From Octopus sinensis (taxonomy: Eukaryota), in the NCBI RefSeq assembly GCF_006345805.1, contig NC_042998.1:174406001-174470000 (forward strand): a DNA stretch of 64,000 nucleotides, read 5' to 3'. Below the pieces are notes generated by a model. It searched no databases. It was not told the origin of the DNA and was given only the letters and a program-made list of their open reading frames with translations. Both the position numbers and the translations under genes were made by a program. Below, one piece after another: positions 1 through 12,190 of the stretch; positions within the stretch are counted from its first letter, which is position 1; every line of letters begins with the position of its first letter.

Positions 1-925
1 CTTGTTGAATAATGAGATTCTGGTTGACAGCATCATTTTGTGAATTCAACCAGGGCAATAAATTCTCTTCCAAAACTCACAGTAGTTCACAAATTCATTT
101 TGACACCTTCAGGGACAAGAAAAGGACCAACATCTCACTTCCAATAATCCCAGCCCAAATCATCACTCCCCCTCCTCCCTGTTTGACGTCTGAATCGCAA
201 GCGTGGGCTATTGCCTTTAAGAAGCCATCCCTTGGTCCAACCGTCGGACTGTCGAGGGTTGCTCTAGCCTCGTCAGTCCAGAGAACATTTTGAAAATTGG
301 TTTTCAAATATTAGTGGCCCATGCTAGTCGCTTCTGACAGTTGATATCACACCTCAAAGGGGACATTTTTTCGGTGTTCTCTGGTCGGCGCTATTTTTCA
401 AAATCTGATTTCAGGTCCTTTTAGAGATGTCAGACACTCCTGCATGGTCGAAAAGAGCTTTGCTTGTGCTGTGTGGGTTTGCTACACACTCCTCTTGATT
501 TTTCTCAAATCTCGTGTTGAAGTCACCTTTGGTCTGCCACTTTTGTGCTTTTTTCTTTTTCTTCCTCTTTGTCGTCAATGACGAACGTTCACAGTTCGAT
601 GATCTCGTTTCAAAATTTTTGAAATTTCTAATGTAGGACTTCTTTGCAGCAAGTAATTTAACAATTTCACCCTTCTCACTATCTGTCAACAGCTTTCCTT
701 TAGCCCTTATAATAAATTTAGGTTAACTGCATAAACTTTTGGCTCACATGAAAAGAGGAAAATGTTTAACAATTATTAAATTCTGTTTTTTTTGTAAAAT
801 GTAGTAATGAAAACAAAACAGAATGGCAACCAGTAAATGATGGAAGAGGTGAAACTAAAAAATAAAGCAAAATTAATAAAGAAATTGAGAAAAAATAGGT
901 CTGCAAACTCTTTTGTCCCCCACAG
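1..925 (-). mobile_element. Tc1-family DNA transposon remnant (transposase pseudogene, left-truncated by window edge)
   Basis: Minus-strand frames give N-terminal HTH-like MTDSEKGEIVKLLAAKKS (411-689) and catalytic-region motifs VLWTDE...TLD and GGGGVMIWAGII (95-307), broken by frameshifts. Putative terminus ...ttttgtcccccacag|ta at 911-927 ends on a TA dinucleotide. Confidence 0.85.
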
Positions 926-927
926 TA

Positions 928-991
<64 letters not shown>

Positions 992-1043
992 TATATATTA
1001 TTATATATTATATATATATATATATATACAATATATATATAAT
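926..1043. repeat. (TA)n microsatellite
   Basis: Direct reading of sequence. Confidence 0.95.
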
Positions 1044-1300
1044 TAGTGATTGAAGAAATGGAGTTGAACGAAGATTGAACAGAAATCGTTTATTGCATTC
1101 TACACGTGTTCGAAAGCCACAATTTACCAAATTCCGATTGAATAAGGAGACCATATTGTGTCTTTCTCTTCAGGGAGAAATAGGAAATCCGTTGGCAAAA
1201 ACAAAAACAGAACAGAGGCGCAGCAAAACAAATCGAACGGTTAAACTTTTGATTTATCTGCAATAAGATTATTCATCTTTCTATTTCACAAAATATATAT

Positions 1301-1521
1301 CATCATCATCATCATCATCATCATTTAGCATCCGTTTTCCATGCTAGCATGGGTTGGACGGTTCTACTGGGGTCTGTGAAGCCAGAAGGCTTCATCAGGC
1401 CCAGTCAAATCTGGCAGTGTTTCTACGGCTGGATGCCCTTCCTAACGCCAACCACTCCGTGAGTGTAGTGGGTGCTTTTTTACGTGCCACCCGCACTGGT
1501 GCCAGACAGAGCTGGCGAACG

Positions 1522-1524
<3 letters not shown>
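1301..1524 (-). mobile_element. Short retroposon with RTE-like 3' tail and (ATG)n/(CAT)n end
   Basis: Minus strand reads ggttggcgttaggaagggcatccagccgtag, a motif I recognise from RTE-type LINE/SINE 3' ends, finishing in a (GAT)n tail. Confidence 0.6.
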
Positions 1525-1589
<65 letters not shown>

Positions 1590-1843
1590 AAAGTGTGGTG
1601 TATGTGTGTATCTGTTGAATGCATAAAGGTATGTATGTAGGTAGGCAGGTAGTAGGTAGGTAGGTAGGTAGGTAGGTAGGGGTAGGTAGGTAGGTAGGTA
1701 GGTATGGAGGTAGGGAGGTAGGTAGGTAGGCAGGTAGGCAGGCAGTAGGCAGGTAGATAGGTAGTAGGTAGGTAGGTAGGTAGGTAGGTAGGTAGGTAGG
1801 TAGGTAGGTAGGTAGGTAGGTAGGTAGGTAGGTAGGTAGGTAG
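1525..1843. repeat. (TA)n and (TAGG)n microsatellites
   Basis: (TA)n 1525-1590, (TAGG)n ~1630-1843; these generate the spurious LPTY/YI ORFs. Confidence 0.95.
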
Positions 1844-2230
1844 CTCTGCTTGTAAGTATATGTGTATGTGAGTATGCTTGCCTGTATGTGTGCATACGCA
1901 CACGCTAAAATCCTGTCTTCCGAACAGTTTCCCTTGGCAAAAATTTCTCTTAGACTGTGCGAAACAGAGGCTACAGTACATGATTCTTATCCATGAAATG
2001 ATATCCAGTGAAATGAAACCTAGAAACACATGCTTGCAAAACGAAAATTTTAAGCACGCAATCAATCCTGTGCCTAGTAGCATTATTAATAAAATAAACG
2101 AACACACATAATTATTTTTACAGTAATTATAGGGGAACAAGTTAATATTCAGATTAAAGATTCAAAATTGTATTTCTAGCTAATTAAACATGTCGTTTAT
2201 GACCAACTTCCGCGATAAAGATTATGAAAA

Positions 2231-2488
2231 TTTGAATGTCGCGAAAACAAAAAATTATTATTAAGACGTTTTACGTTCAAACTGTTTTCATCAAATATTT
2301 TCAATATTATATAAATTATATAAATTTGAAACATTTCGAAACTTGCAATTTTTTTTTAAATGTTATTGACATTTGAAGTTATAATTTTATAATATCGGAT
2401 TTGAAATTTTTATCGGAATTGCAATCAAATATATTTGATTCTTAGACAGACACTGACACATCATAAAGTTCAAAGATATGACATACAT
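2231..2488 (+). repeat. ~260-bp direct repeat, copy 1 (copy 2 at 3701-3960)
   Basis: tttgaatgtcgcgaaaac...gatatgacatacat occurs near-identically at both positions. Confidence 0.95.
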
Positions 2489-2497
2489 ACGGTGAGG

Positions 2498-3420
2498 GTG
2501 AGGGTGATTAGGTAATGTCTAGGGCTTAGGGGCGGGAGATCCCAGACCTTGGAAAAAAACTTTGGTCATCTTGTTGTAGTCGAGGACTCTTCGTTGACGG
2601 CCCGACACCACTGGGAGGTGGCCCTCGAAGTCGCTGGAAATGGAGATCTACAGGTCCCAAATTCTTGACGGCGGCGGTGATGATGTGGTGGTGGTGGTGG
2701 TGGTGTGTCGTGGTCGTCGTCGTCGTCGTCGTCGTGGTACCAATGTCTTGTATTTGTCTCAGGGTATCTGATGAAGAAGATATAACAAGAACGCTTTACA
2801 GCTTGTATTGAAGTTTACAAAAAAAAAAAAGATACGGTGAAGAAATGGAAACGAGTTGGAATGTGATAAAAGAATACCTAGTTTACAAAAATTATTAAAC
2901 CACAGCTAGGATGCTGTGCTCCTGCTAAAGGAGAAGCACCAGCTGAAGCCTTTAAGGAACCCCTCATATCCAGGACCATCTTATTCCAAAGGCGCAAACA
3001 CTAGCGAAACTATTGTCGTCCAGCCTACAGCGCATGCTTTGAATAAGTCCATTCACCCCAAGCCATTTTGCTTCAGTCACTTACACTTCGTTGAGAAAGA
3101 TTACTTTCCCTATCTCCACTTCCCTTTCCATGTGGCGCTTTAAAATGTCGATGAGAGATTTACCGAAGAGGAAGTGGCTGTCCTCAATCTTTCGACTCGT
3201 GTACCACAGACTTCCCTTTCACCATAGCCACTAGACAAAGAAGCACTACCCTGCCCTGCCCGCCCTGCCTTGACTTGCGGAGCGATGGAGCGATCCTCAG
3301 GATGGACTCAGCCGATTGTAGGATTCGCCTCCACCGACTATGCTGTTCCACGTAACTCCACAAGTCGACAATTCCTGAAATTGCAAGTGTGCGTTCATTA
3401 CGGTTTCGTTGCTCCACAAG
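2498..3420 (-). mobile_element. L1/Tx1-like LINE 3' fragment, copy 1
   Basis: Minus ORF 3184-3417 (DLWSYVEQ...SAESILRIAP...VVLLCLVAMVK) is homologous to the C-terminal region of the copies at 35371-36161 and 61524-62069. Confidence 0.7.
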
Positions 3421-3544
3421 GAGGAGGGGAGGGGAGGAGGAGAAGAAGTAAGAAGAAGAAGAAGAAGAGAAGAAGGGAAGAAGAGAAGAGGAGGAGGAGG
3501 AGGAAGAAGAAGAAGAAGAAGATGAAGAAGACGAAGAATTATTA

Positions 3545-3575
<31 letters not shown>

Positions 3576-3700
3576 GAGGGGAGAGATCAGTAACACTAGG
3601 TAAAATATACGAAACCAGTATACCTATCATAACTACCCGTCTGATAGGTTACACCAGGGAATGTATTACAACCATATGTGCGTGACATGGTGATCTCATA
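3576..3700 (-). mobile_element. Fragment of the ~550-bp (AAT)n-associated non-coding element
   Basis: Near-identical to 20445-20573, preceded by (ATT)n. Confidence 0.85.
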
Positions 3701-3960
3701 TTTGAATGTCGCGAAAACAAAAAAAAATTATTAAGACGTTTTTACGTTCAAACTGTTTTCATCAAATATTTTCAATATTATATAAATTATATAAATTTGA
3801 AACATTTCGAAACTTGTAATTTTTTTTTTAAATGTTATTGACATTTGAAGTTATAATTTTATAATATCGGATTTGAAATTTTTATCGGAATTGCAATCAA
3901 ATATATTTGATTCTTAGACAGACACTGACACATCATAAAGTTCAAAGATATGACATACAT
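3701..3960 (+). repeat. ~260-bp direct repeat, copy 2
   Basis: Matches 2231-2488. Confidence 0.95.
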
Positions 3961-4415
3961 TTCGAAGAAAGAAGCAACATTCTCACACATATATATATGT
4001 ATATGTGTATGTTTGTATGTATGAATGTATGTATGTTATGTATGTATGTATGTATGTATGTATGTATGTATGTATGTATGTATTATGTATGTATGTATGT
4101 ACGTACGTATGTATGTATGTATGTTCGTATGTATATCTTCATGCAAATATTCAATTTAATACCATCGTTTACCTTTACTATAGTGTGGATAAAATATATA
4201 CTTTGAACAAGGATTATACAGATAAAATTCCATAAAAATCATCGTCGAAAGCAGATATGCAAGTGTATTGCCATTCGTGGGTGGTTGCTTATGTGTGCGT
4301 ACGTGCGTCCGTGCGTGTGTTTCAAAATGCAATTGATTAATTTTCATAAAGTCTCCATGTATTAACTCATGCAAATATAAAATTAAGTATAGTAGTAGTA
4401 GTAGTAGTAGTAGTA

Positions 4416-4452
<37 letters not shown>

Positions 4453-4481
4453 GGTGGTGGTGGTGGTTAAACAACAAGACG

Positions 4482-5415
4482 GGTGAGGGTGATTAGGTAA
4501 TGGTCTAGGGCTTAGGGGCGGGAGATCCCAGACCTTGGAAAAAAACTTTGGTCATCTTGTTGTAGTCGAGGACTCTTCGTTGACGCCCGACACCACTGGG
4601 AGGTGGCCCTCGAAGTCGCTGGAAATGGAGATCTACAGGTCCAAATTCTTGGACGGCGGCGGTGATGATGGTGGTGGTGGTGGTGGTGGTGGTCGTCGTC
4701 GTCGTCGTCGTCGTCGTCGTGGTACCAATGTCTTGTATTTGTCTCAGGGGTATCTGATGAAGAAGATATAACAAGAACGCTTTACAGCTTGTATTGAAGT
4801 TTACAAAAAAAAAAAAGATACGGTGAAGAAATGGAAACGAGGTTGGAATGTGATAAAAGAATACCTAGTTTACAAAAATATTAAACCACAGCTAGGATGC
4901 TGTGCTCCTGCTAAAGGAGAAGCACCAGCTGAAGCCTTTTAAGGAACCCCTCATATCCAGGACCAATCTTATTTCCAAAGGCGCAAACACTAGCGAAACT
5001 ATTGTCGTCCAGCCTACAGGCGCATGCTTTGAATAAGTCCATTCACCCCAGCCCATTTTGCTTCAGTCACTTACAACTTCGTTGAGAAAGATTACTTTCC
5101 CTATCTCCACTTCCCTTTCCATGTGGAGCTTTAAAATGTCGATGAGAGATTTACCGAAGAGGAAGGTGGCTGTCCTCAATTCTTTCGACCTCGTGTACCA
5201 CAGACTCCCTTTCACCATAGCCACTAGACAGAGAAGCACTACCCTGCCCTGCCCTGCCTTGACTTGCGGAGCGATGGAGCGATCCTCAGGATGGACTCAG
5301 CCGATTGTAGGATTCGCCCTCCACGCGACTATTGCTGTTCCACGTAACTCCACAAGTCGACAATTCCTGGAAATTGCAAGTGTGCGTTCAGTACGGTTTC
5401 GTTGCTCCACAAGGA
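4482..5415 (-). mobile_element. L1/Tx1-like LINE 3' fragment, copy 2 (duplicate of 2498-3420)
   Basis: Colinear with copy 1 over ~930 bp, differing mostly by 1-bp indels. Confidence 0.75.
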
Positions 5416-5432
5416 GGAGGGGAGGGGGAGGA

Positions 5433-5870
5433 TGAGAAGAAGAAGAAGAAGAAGAAGAAGAAGAAGAAGAAGAAGGGGAAGAAGAAGAAGAGGAGGAGGA
5501 GGAGGAAGAGGAAGAAGAAGAAGAAGAAGATGAAGAAGAAGAAGAAGATGAAGAAGACGAAGAAGAAGATGAAGAAGAAGAAGAAGAAGAAGGAGGAGGA
5601 GGAGGAGGGAGAAGAAGAAGGAGATGATGATGAAGAAGAAAAAGAAGAAGAAGAAGATGATGAAGAAGAAGAAGAAGAAGAAGAAGAGGAGGAGGAAGAA
5701 GAGAAGGGGGAGAAGAAGAAGAAGAAGAAGAGGAGGAGGAGGAGGAGGAAGAAGAAGAAGAAGAAGAGGGGGGAGGAAGAAGAAGAAAAAGAAGAAGAAG
5801 AAGAAGAAGATGAAGAAGAAGAAGAAAAAGAAGAAGAAGAAGAAGAAGAAGAAGAAGGTGATGATGATTG
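5433..5870. repeat. (GAA/GAG/GAT)n compound microsatellite
   Basis: Direct reading; source of poly-K/E/F/S ORFs. Confidence 0.95.
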
Positions 5871-6039
5871 GCATGTTAGCAGAGTGTGTGGATTCATTTT
5901 AAATTTGCCACAGAAATGTGGCATGAACAAGGGGCAGCTGGTGTGATGCGGAACAAACGCCGCCAAGTTATTTGTCCGACGCGCTCACAATTGACAATCA
6001 CCGTCTGAATACTATCATTTCTTTAGCCATCTTTGTTGC

Positions 6040-6620
6040 TGTTCCATTTTCTATATGAACTTACCGTTTCCTGCTGCTTGTGAGATTTTGAGACCGGATT
6101 CGTTATAAACTATCGTATTTAGCACCTTTCTTATTTGATAACTTTTTAAGTATCTTTTTTACTGTGTCTTTTGTAATATTTGCATTCGCTTCTTTTCCAT
6201 TTCGCTCTGAAATTCCTGTGACCAGTCCTTTTCGTTGTTGTGTTGAAATTCTTTGTTCCAAATATCTTATCAAACGTTCCTCGCTGCTTCAGCATTTGGG
6301 ATATGATCTTCCTTATGTTCATTTTCAGTTGTTGGTAAAATTTCCTTTCAATATTTCTCCAAAAGCCTTTTCTACTGATACTAGATTATTTTTTGTTAGT
6401 ATTTTATTTTCTACCCGACTTTGCGTTTATCATGTTTTATCTCTTCTTTAGCTCCCTGTAATCTCCTGTATCACATAATATACTTTCCTTGGAGCCTGTT
6501 CCTATGTCATTCCTTTACCATCTTGCTTTGCAGTTATAGCAATTATCCTTCCAAGTTTTCCATGGAACTATTCAAATTGATTTTCAAGCGTCATTTTCCA
6601 TTATAAATAAGTCTTTACCC
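6040..6620 (-). pseudogene. Degenerate R4/Dong LINE fragment (pre-RT region)
   Basis: Minus strand translates in pieces as EDHIPNAEAA...DIW, matching the PPMEEVQNFWKRIW region of the 13.8-kb ORF; many stops. Confidence 0.5.
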
Positions 6621-6719
6621 ACTTTCTCTTCTTGGCTTATAACCTCACTTGACATTTTTCTTTATTATTTAGTTACAAGTCATACGATATAATTACAGTA
6701 CTTTTAAGCAGATGCTAAG

Positions 6720-6960
6720 AGAATTAGTAAAACTGGCCAGAAAACTGGGAAAATAGTAACTATATTTACAATATACACCAACCAATATCTTAAATACGAT
6801 TATACTTACCATGAATAGAAAAAAGCATACGGTTTCATGTAACTAGAAAACTATAACAAAATATTTACGGTTGGAGTATAAAAAGGTTCAGTAATAAAGA
6901 ACAATGGGAAGCTAATACAAACAGCTACAAAGAAAGCAAAAAGGAAACAAATACGAAACA
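6720..6960 (+). pseudogene. Degenerate R4/Dong LINE fragment (post-RT region)
   Basis: Remnant IHQP...RLYLP...LENYNK resembles MHHPKADVDRLYLP...FELAYK of the long ORF. Confidence 0.45.
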
Positions 6961-7079
6961 AAGGCTAAAATGTCAGGTAGTTATGAGGAGAAAGGCTAAC
7001 AGCAGACGTTGTGGAAAAACAGAAAACAACGTTGATGATGTAACTAAGTGTGGTTTTAAATGTATGGCCAATAGCAGCA

Positions 7080-7097
7080 GAAGTAGTAGTAGTAGTA

Positions 7098-7154
<57 letters not shown>

Positions 7155-7179
7155 CAGCAGCAGCAGCAGCAGCAGCTGC

Positions 7180-7215
<36 letters not shown>

Positions 7216-7596
7216 TGTAGTAGTAGTAGTAGTAGTAGTAGTAGAAGAAGAAGAAGAAAGAAAAGAAGAAGAAAAGAAAGAAAAGAAAGAAGAAGAGAGA
7301 AGAAGAAGAAAGAAAAGAAGAAGAAGAAGAAGAAGAAGAAGAAAGAAAAGAAGAAGAAGAAGAAGAAGAAGAGAGAAGAAGAAGAAAGAAGAAGAAGAAA
7401 GAAAGAAGAAGAAGAAGAAAAGAGAAAGAAGAGAAGAAGAAGAAAAAAAAAGAAGAAGAAGAAGAGAAGAAGAAGAAGAGAAAGAAGAAAGAAGAAGAAA
7501 AAGAAAAGAAGAAGAAGAAGAAAAGAAGAAAGAAGAAGAAGAAAAGAAGAAGAATAAGAAGAAAGAAAAGAAGAAGAAGAAGAAAAAGAAGAAGAA
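7080..7596. repeat. Compound (AGT)n-(AGC)n-(AGT)n-(AGA)n microsatellite
   Basis: Direct reading. Confidence 0.95.
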
Positions 7597-7599
7597 TTG

Positions 7600-9712
7600 C
7601 GTTGCAATTAGACAATTGCCTACAGAGTGGTGCAGTTCTGGAGTGGATGGTAGAGGGAAGAACAACATTGTTAATGAAAGATTGGTCAAAGGGCAATGAG
7701 GTTGGCAATTACTGACCCATTGCTTATCTTAACCTCCTATGGAAAGTACTAAAAAGTGCCCTCGCAGGGAAAATATATACGTTCCTTGCAGGAAACAATC
7801 TACTGCCAGTAGAACAAAAGGGATGCTGAAAAGGATCCAAGGGCACCAAAGACCATCTTGTGATAAACAAGGTTATAATGAAGAACTGTAAACGGTACCA
7901 AAAAACTTATGCATGGCCTGGATAGACTTCAAAAAGGCTTACGACATGTTGCCGCATTCGTGGATTTTGGAAATAGCTGAGAACGTATGTGCACTGATTA
8001 AGAACAGCATGCCTTGTTGGAAAACACGTTTTTCCCGTGACAACCATCACTTAGCCGAGGTAACAATCAAATGAGGTATCTTCCAAGGAGACTCTTATTC
8101 ATCTCTTTTATTTGTTATAGCCTTGATCCCACTTTCTGTAGTCCTACGTAAAATCAACGTGCACTATGAGCTGAGAAAGAACGGACCTTGTCTCAACCAC
8201 CTTCTCTCTTCGTGGATGATTTAAAACTGTTCGCAAAACAGAGCCTGAAAAGGAGAGGCTGGTTGAGACTGTGCAAATATGCAGCAAGGATTTAGAGACG
8301 GAATTTGGCATCTCGAAGTGTGCGGTGCTTACTTTGAAGTGAGGGGAAAGGGTAAATTGTAGGGACATAGAATTGCCAAACAGAGAGAGAATGGAAGATC
8401 CGGATGATGATGGGTACAAGTATCTTGGGATCCTGGAGCTGGACAGTATCTTACACAAAGAAATGAAAGACAAAGTCATCACTGTATATTTCAAGCGCCT
8501 TAAACTTCTCTTGAAAATCAAAATTCAACTCAAGGAACCTTGAATGGCTTACAAAAATCTTCCCCGCTTCAATTGTTGTTGATTTAAGAAAAAAGAGTTA
8601 TGCAGGGGGTAATCGCATGGACAGTAGATTAATTAAAGAGCTTAGACAGAAAGACAAGGAAGTTGCTGGCTAGATATGGGATACTCAACCCAAGTGATAG
8701 ACAGACTATGTACCAAGAAAACAGGGGGAGAAGAGGACTGATTGGATGCAAACACAGCATTAGAGCAGAAGAAAACAACATAGATGGTATGTAAAAAATG
8801 CCACAAAACCACTATTATTGGAAGTAAGAAGGTCAGGCTTGTATAGGATGTAATATTGTAAAGAAAGTACTGTATACAGACTTGAGAATGAATGAAACTG
8901 AAAATAAGTGGATAAAGAAAAGAATGTATGGGCAATTTCATAGGGATGTCGAAGATAAGACAGACAGAGAAAAAAGATGGCTATGGATGACTAAACATAA
9001 TTTAAAACTGGAAACCGAGACTCTAATCTGTGCTGCCCAAGAACAAGCATTAAGAACGGATTACATCAAATACAGTATAGACAACTCATCAGAGAGTGAT
9101 AGAATTTGTGGACAAAATGGTGAAACCGTATGGCATATTAACAGTCAATGTACGTCATTAGCCCAGAAAGAATATAAGAGACGTCATGACAATATATCAA
9201 GGATTGTTCACTGGACACTTTGCAACAAGTATGGAGTTGACAGGAAAAAAGTGGTACGAGCATCATCGGAAATGACAATGCAAAGATCCTATGGGATTTT
9301 ATGATTCAGTGCGACCATGAGATAGAGAATAGGAAACTAGACATAGTGTAACTTAAGAAAGAAAGCAAACAATATAGCATGCCCAGCTAGCAGTATGCGA
9401 TAAAGAAGAAAGAAGAGTTGATAGACATGACAGGTTAGCTTGGGAGGTTAAGCAGTTGTGGTCGCTGAAAAAGGTGGTAGCAGTTCCAATAATTTTCGGA
9501 GGCCTTGGAACAGTGAGCAAAACTCTTGAGAAGTACATGGACAAATAGGGGCTGCAATAAGGGTGGAGCACTTGCAAATATCAGCACTGCTTGGAACCGC
9601 TCGAATACTCCGGATGGTGTTCGAAAAATAAGGTGTGACAGCTTAGTTCACTAGTAGTGAACAGCTGGCACCGTAGTATATCTCCAGCGTTAGAAGCTGT
9701 GCAAAGACAATA
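7600..9712 (+). mobile_element. 5'-truncated, frameshifted R4/Dong-type LINE
   Basis: Translates as EWMVEGRTTLLMKD..NY, EQKGC, AWIDFKKAYD, FQGDS, VDDLKLF, ETETLICAAQEQAL, RRHDNI and LLGTARILRMVFEK*. An ~80-bp 3' UTR runs directly into (AAT)n. Confidence 0.9.
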
Positions 9713-9713
<1 letters not shown>

Positions 9714-9787
<74 letters not shown>

Positions 9788-9832
9788 TATTATAATAATA
9801 ATAATAACAACAACAACAACAACAACAACAAT
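9714..9832. repeat. (AAT)n-(AAC)n microsatellite
   Basis: Direct reading. Confidence 0.95.
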
Positions 9833-9854
9833 ATTAAAAATAGTAATAATAAAA

Positions 9855-10051
9855 CTTTTCTACTATATGCACAATTTTGGGGAGGGAATAGTCGATTATA
9901 TTGACCCCAGTACACAGCTGGTACTTATTTTATCGACCCGGAAAGGATGAAAGACAGAGTCGACCACAGCAGAATTTGAACGCAGAATGACGCGACGGGT
10001 GAGCGAAATACCGCTAAGCATTTCGCTCGGCGTGCTAACGATTCTGCCAGC

Positions 10052-10052
<1 letters not shown>
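9855..10052 (-). mobile_element. tRNA-derived SINE, family M (type-1 tail)
   Basis: Minus strand has A-box-like tggcagaatcg, B-box-like gttcaaattc and the family core (t/c)tttcatcctttc..ggtcgat..aataagtaccag, shared by many copies in the window. Confidence 0.85.
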
Positions 10053-10082
<30 letters not shown>

Positions 10083-10111
10083 AAGAAGAAGAAGAAGAAG
10101 AGTTGATGATA

Positions 10112-10797
10112 AGGACCACTTAATCTGTCGATGTAAAGCTTTAGCGCGCGTAGAGTATAAATCAAGATGTGACAGAGTTGGCCAATATCTACTTGGTATG
10201 TCGCCATTATGAAATCAAAACTGTTGACAAGTGGTATAAGCATCACCCTGAGGCTGTATTTGAAGGAGAAAAGGTAACGATTCCTTGGGATTTTCCAGTT
10301 CAGAACCATCAAAACGAATAAACCGGATATTGTTGTAAGAATCAAAATGATAAAATATCTTTATTGATCGACATGAATATCCGTTGTGATTATAATATCG
10401 CGGCCAAAGAATTTGACAAACTCAAGAAATATAAAGATTTGCTCATTGAAATGTGAAAACGTATGGCAACTCAAGGCGCTTATAAAACAAGTCATTGTAG
10501 GAGCACTAGGAACTATCAAAAAAGGAACTGAAAATTTGAGAATGAGCCTCGGCTTACCACCACTACAAGAATTACAAAAGATTGCTTTAGCTGGTACGTC
10601 ACACGTCTTAAGACGAGCATTGTCGCTGTGAGAACGATTACCATCCATGTAAATATTTTCTCTATAACTTTATTTGATTTTGTAAATGAACAATCTGTTT
10701 TCTTTATTTTAATTCAATGGCCTACCAGTATATACGGTGAGTTTCTGTTCCCTAGGTGTGAAGATGACATTCGGTAAGACATGTGAACAAGACTGAA
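10112..10797 (+). mobile_element. 3' fragment of R4/Dong LINE (same subfamily as 13461-16430), between (GAA)n arrays
   Basis: High nucleotide similarity to 15715-16420, including NKPDIVV, ALGTIKKG, GTSHVLRRALSL and the 3' UTR motif aatggcctacca...ccctagg. Confidence 0.9.
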
Positions 10798-11102
10798 AGA
10801 AAAAGAAGAAGAAGAAGAAGAAGAACAAGAAGAAGAACAAGAAGAAGAAGAAGAAGAACAAGAACAAGAACAAGAACAACAACAACAACAACAACAACAA
10901 GAACAAGAACAAGAAGAACAAGAAGAACAAGAAGAAGAACAAGAAGAAGAACAAGAAGAACAAGAACAAGAAGAACAAGAAGAAGAAGAAGAAGAAGAAG
11001 AAGAACAAGAAGAAGAAGAAGAAGAAGAAGAAGAAGAAGAAGAAGAAGAACAAGAAGAGAAGAAGAAGAAGAAGAAGAAGAAGAAGAAGAAGAAGAAGAA
11101 GA
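10798..11102. repeat. (GAA/CAA)n microsatellite
   Basis: Direct reading. Confidence 0.95.
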
Positions 11103-11106
11103 ATCA

Positions 11107-11315
11107 TTTCTACTATAAGCACAAGGCCTGAAATTTTGGAGTTGAAGCGTGTCCATTATATCGACCCCAGCACGTAATTGGTATATATTTCAATGACCCC
11201 GACAGGATTAAAAGGCAAAGCCGACCTCGGCGGAATTTGAACTCCGAACGTATAGACAGAAGAAATACCTCCAAACATTTTGTTCGGAGTGCTAACGATT
11301 CTGCCAGCTCGCCGC
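11107..11315 (-). mobile_element. SINE family M (type-1 tail)
   Basis: Full head-core-tail homology to the 51144-51356 copy. Confidence 0.9.
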
Positions 11316-11340
11316 ATAAATAACAACAACAACAACAACA

Positions 11341-12035
11341 TAGACATAAAATTTGGCTTAGAAAAATGTACCAAAGCAACCTTGAAAAGAGGAAAATTAA
11401 TTAAGAGTAACAACATCACACTAGACAAAGCAAATGAAATAAGAGAATTACACTAAAGCCAGACATACAAATACTTAGGAATCAATGAACTAGATACGAT
11501 ACAACACACAGAAATGAAAGAGAATATAAGAAAAGAATACTATAGACGCGTTACATTAATACTGAAAACAGAGCTCAATGCGAAAAACAAGATAATAGGT
11601 ATCAACACTCCAGCCGCCCCAGTTATGAGTTCCAGCTACAATGTTCTTAACTGGACTCTAAATGAGCTAATCAAAATAGACAAGAAAACAAGAAAAATGA
11701 CAGGATTTAGGATGCACCACCCCAAATCAAACATAGAAAAGTTACATATACAACGTATCAAAAGTTGTAGAGGCTTTATACAGCTAGGAAACTATTACAA
11801 AATTACCACCATAGGATTACAGAAATACCAACTACAGAAGCAAGAAAACTGATACAAATAGTCACAAAACACGAACAAAAGCGGTTTTCTGTCTTTAAGG
11901 GAGCTATAAAATACAAAAAAGTGTCATAGTACCTAACAAGTATGAAGAAAAAGAAGAAACAACAAAAGCTATAAAACACTGAAATCCAAACTAAAGCATG
12001 ATAAAAACCATGGTTGACGTCTAATACCATGACCC
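11341..12035 (+). pseudogene. Internal R4/Dong LINE fragment (post-RT region)
   Basis: FGLEKCTKA, TYKYLGI, KEYYRRV, ELNAKNKI, MHHPKS align to the 809-aa ORF. Confidence 0.85.
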
Positions 12036-12049
12036 AACTTGGTTATGAT

Positions 12050-12190
12050 ACATCAAGGACTTGGACCAAGAAGGCTTCTATAAATGACTTGGGATATAAG
12101 AAGGTAAAGGGATTTAACACGAATCAATAAAAGAGGAAGTTAGGAAAGAGTATTATAGACGTGTCAGAATGGTCCTGAATGCTAAACTAA
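12050..12190 (+). pseudogene. Short R4/Dong LINE fragment
   Basis: IKDLDQEGFYK*LGI...KEEVRKEYYRRVRMVL. Confidence 0.7.

Noticed and set aside
2489-2535. gtgagggtgagggtgattagg as a telomere remnant
   Set aside because: Too short and degenerate; it is part of the LINE 3' region duplicated at 4482.
837-7708. Long low-complexity ORFs (poly-K/E/F/S/T, LPTY, YI, MYVC), also at 10.7-12.5, 42.4, 45.5, 52.5 and 58.6-59.2 kb
   Set aside because: They are translations of stop-free microsatellites, not genes.
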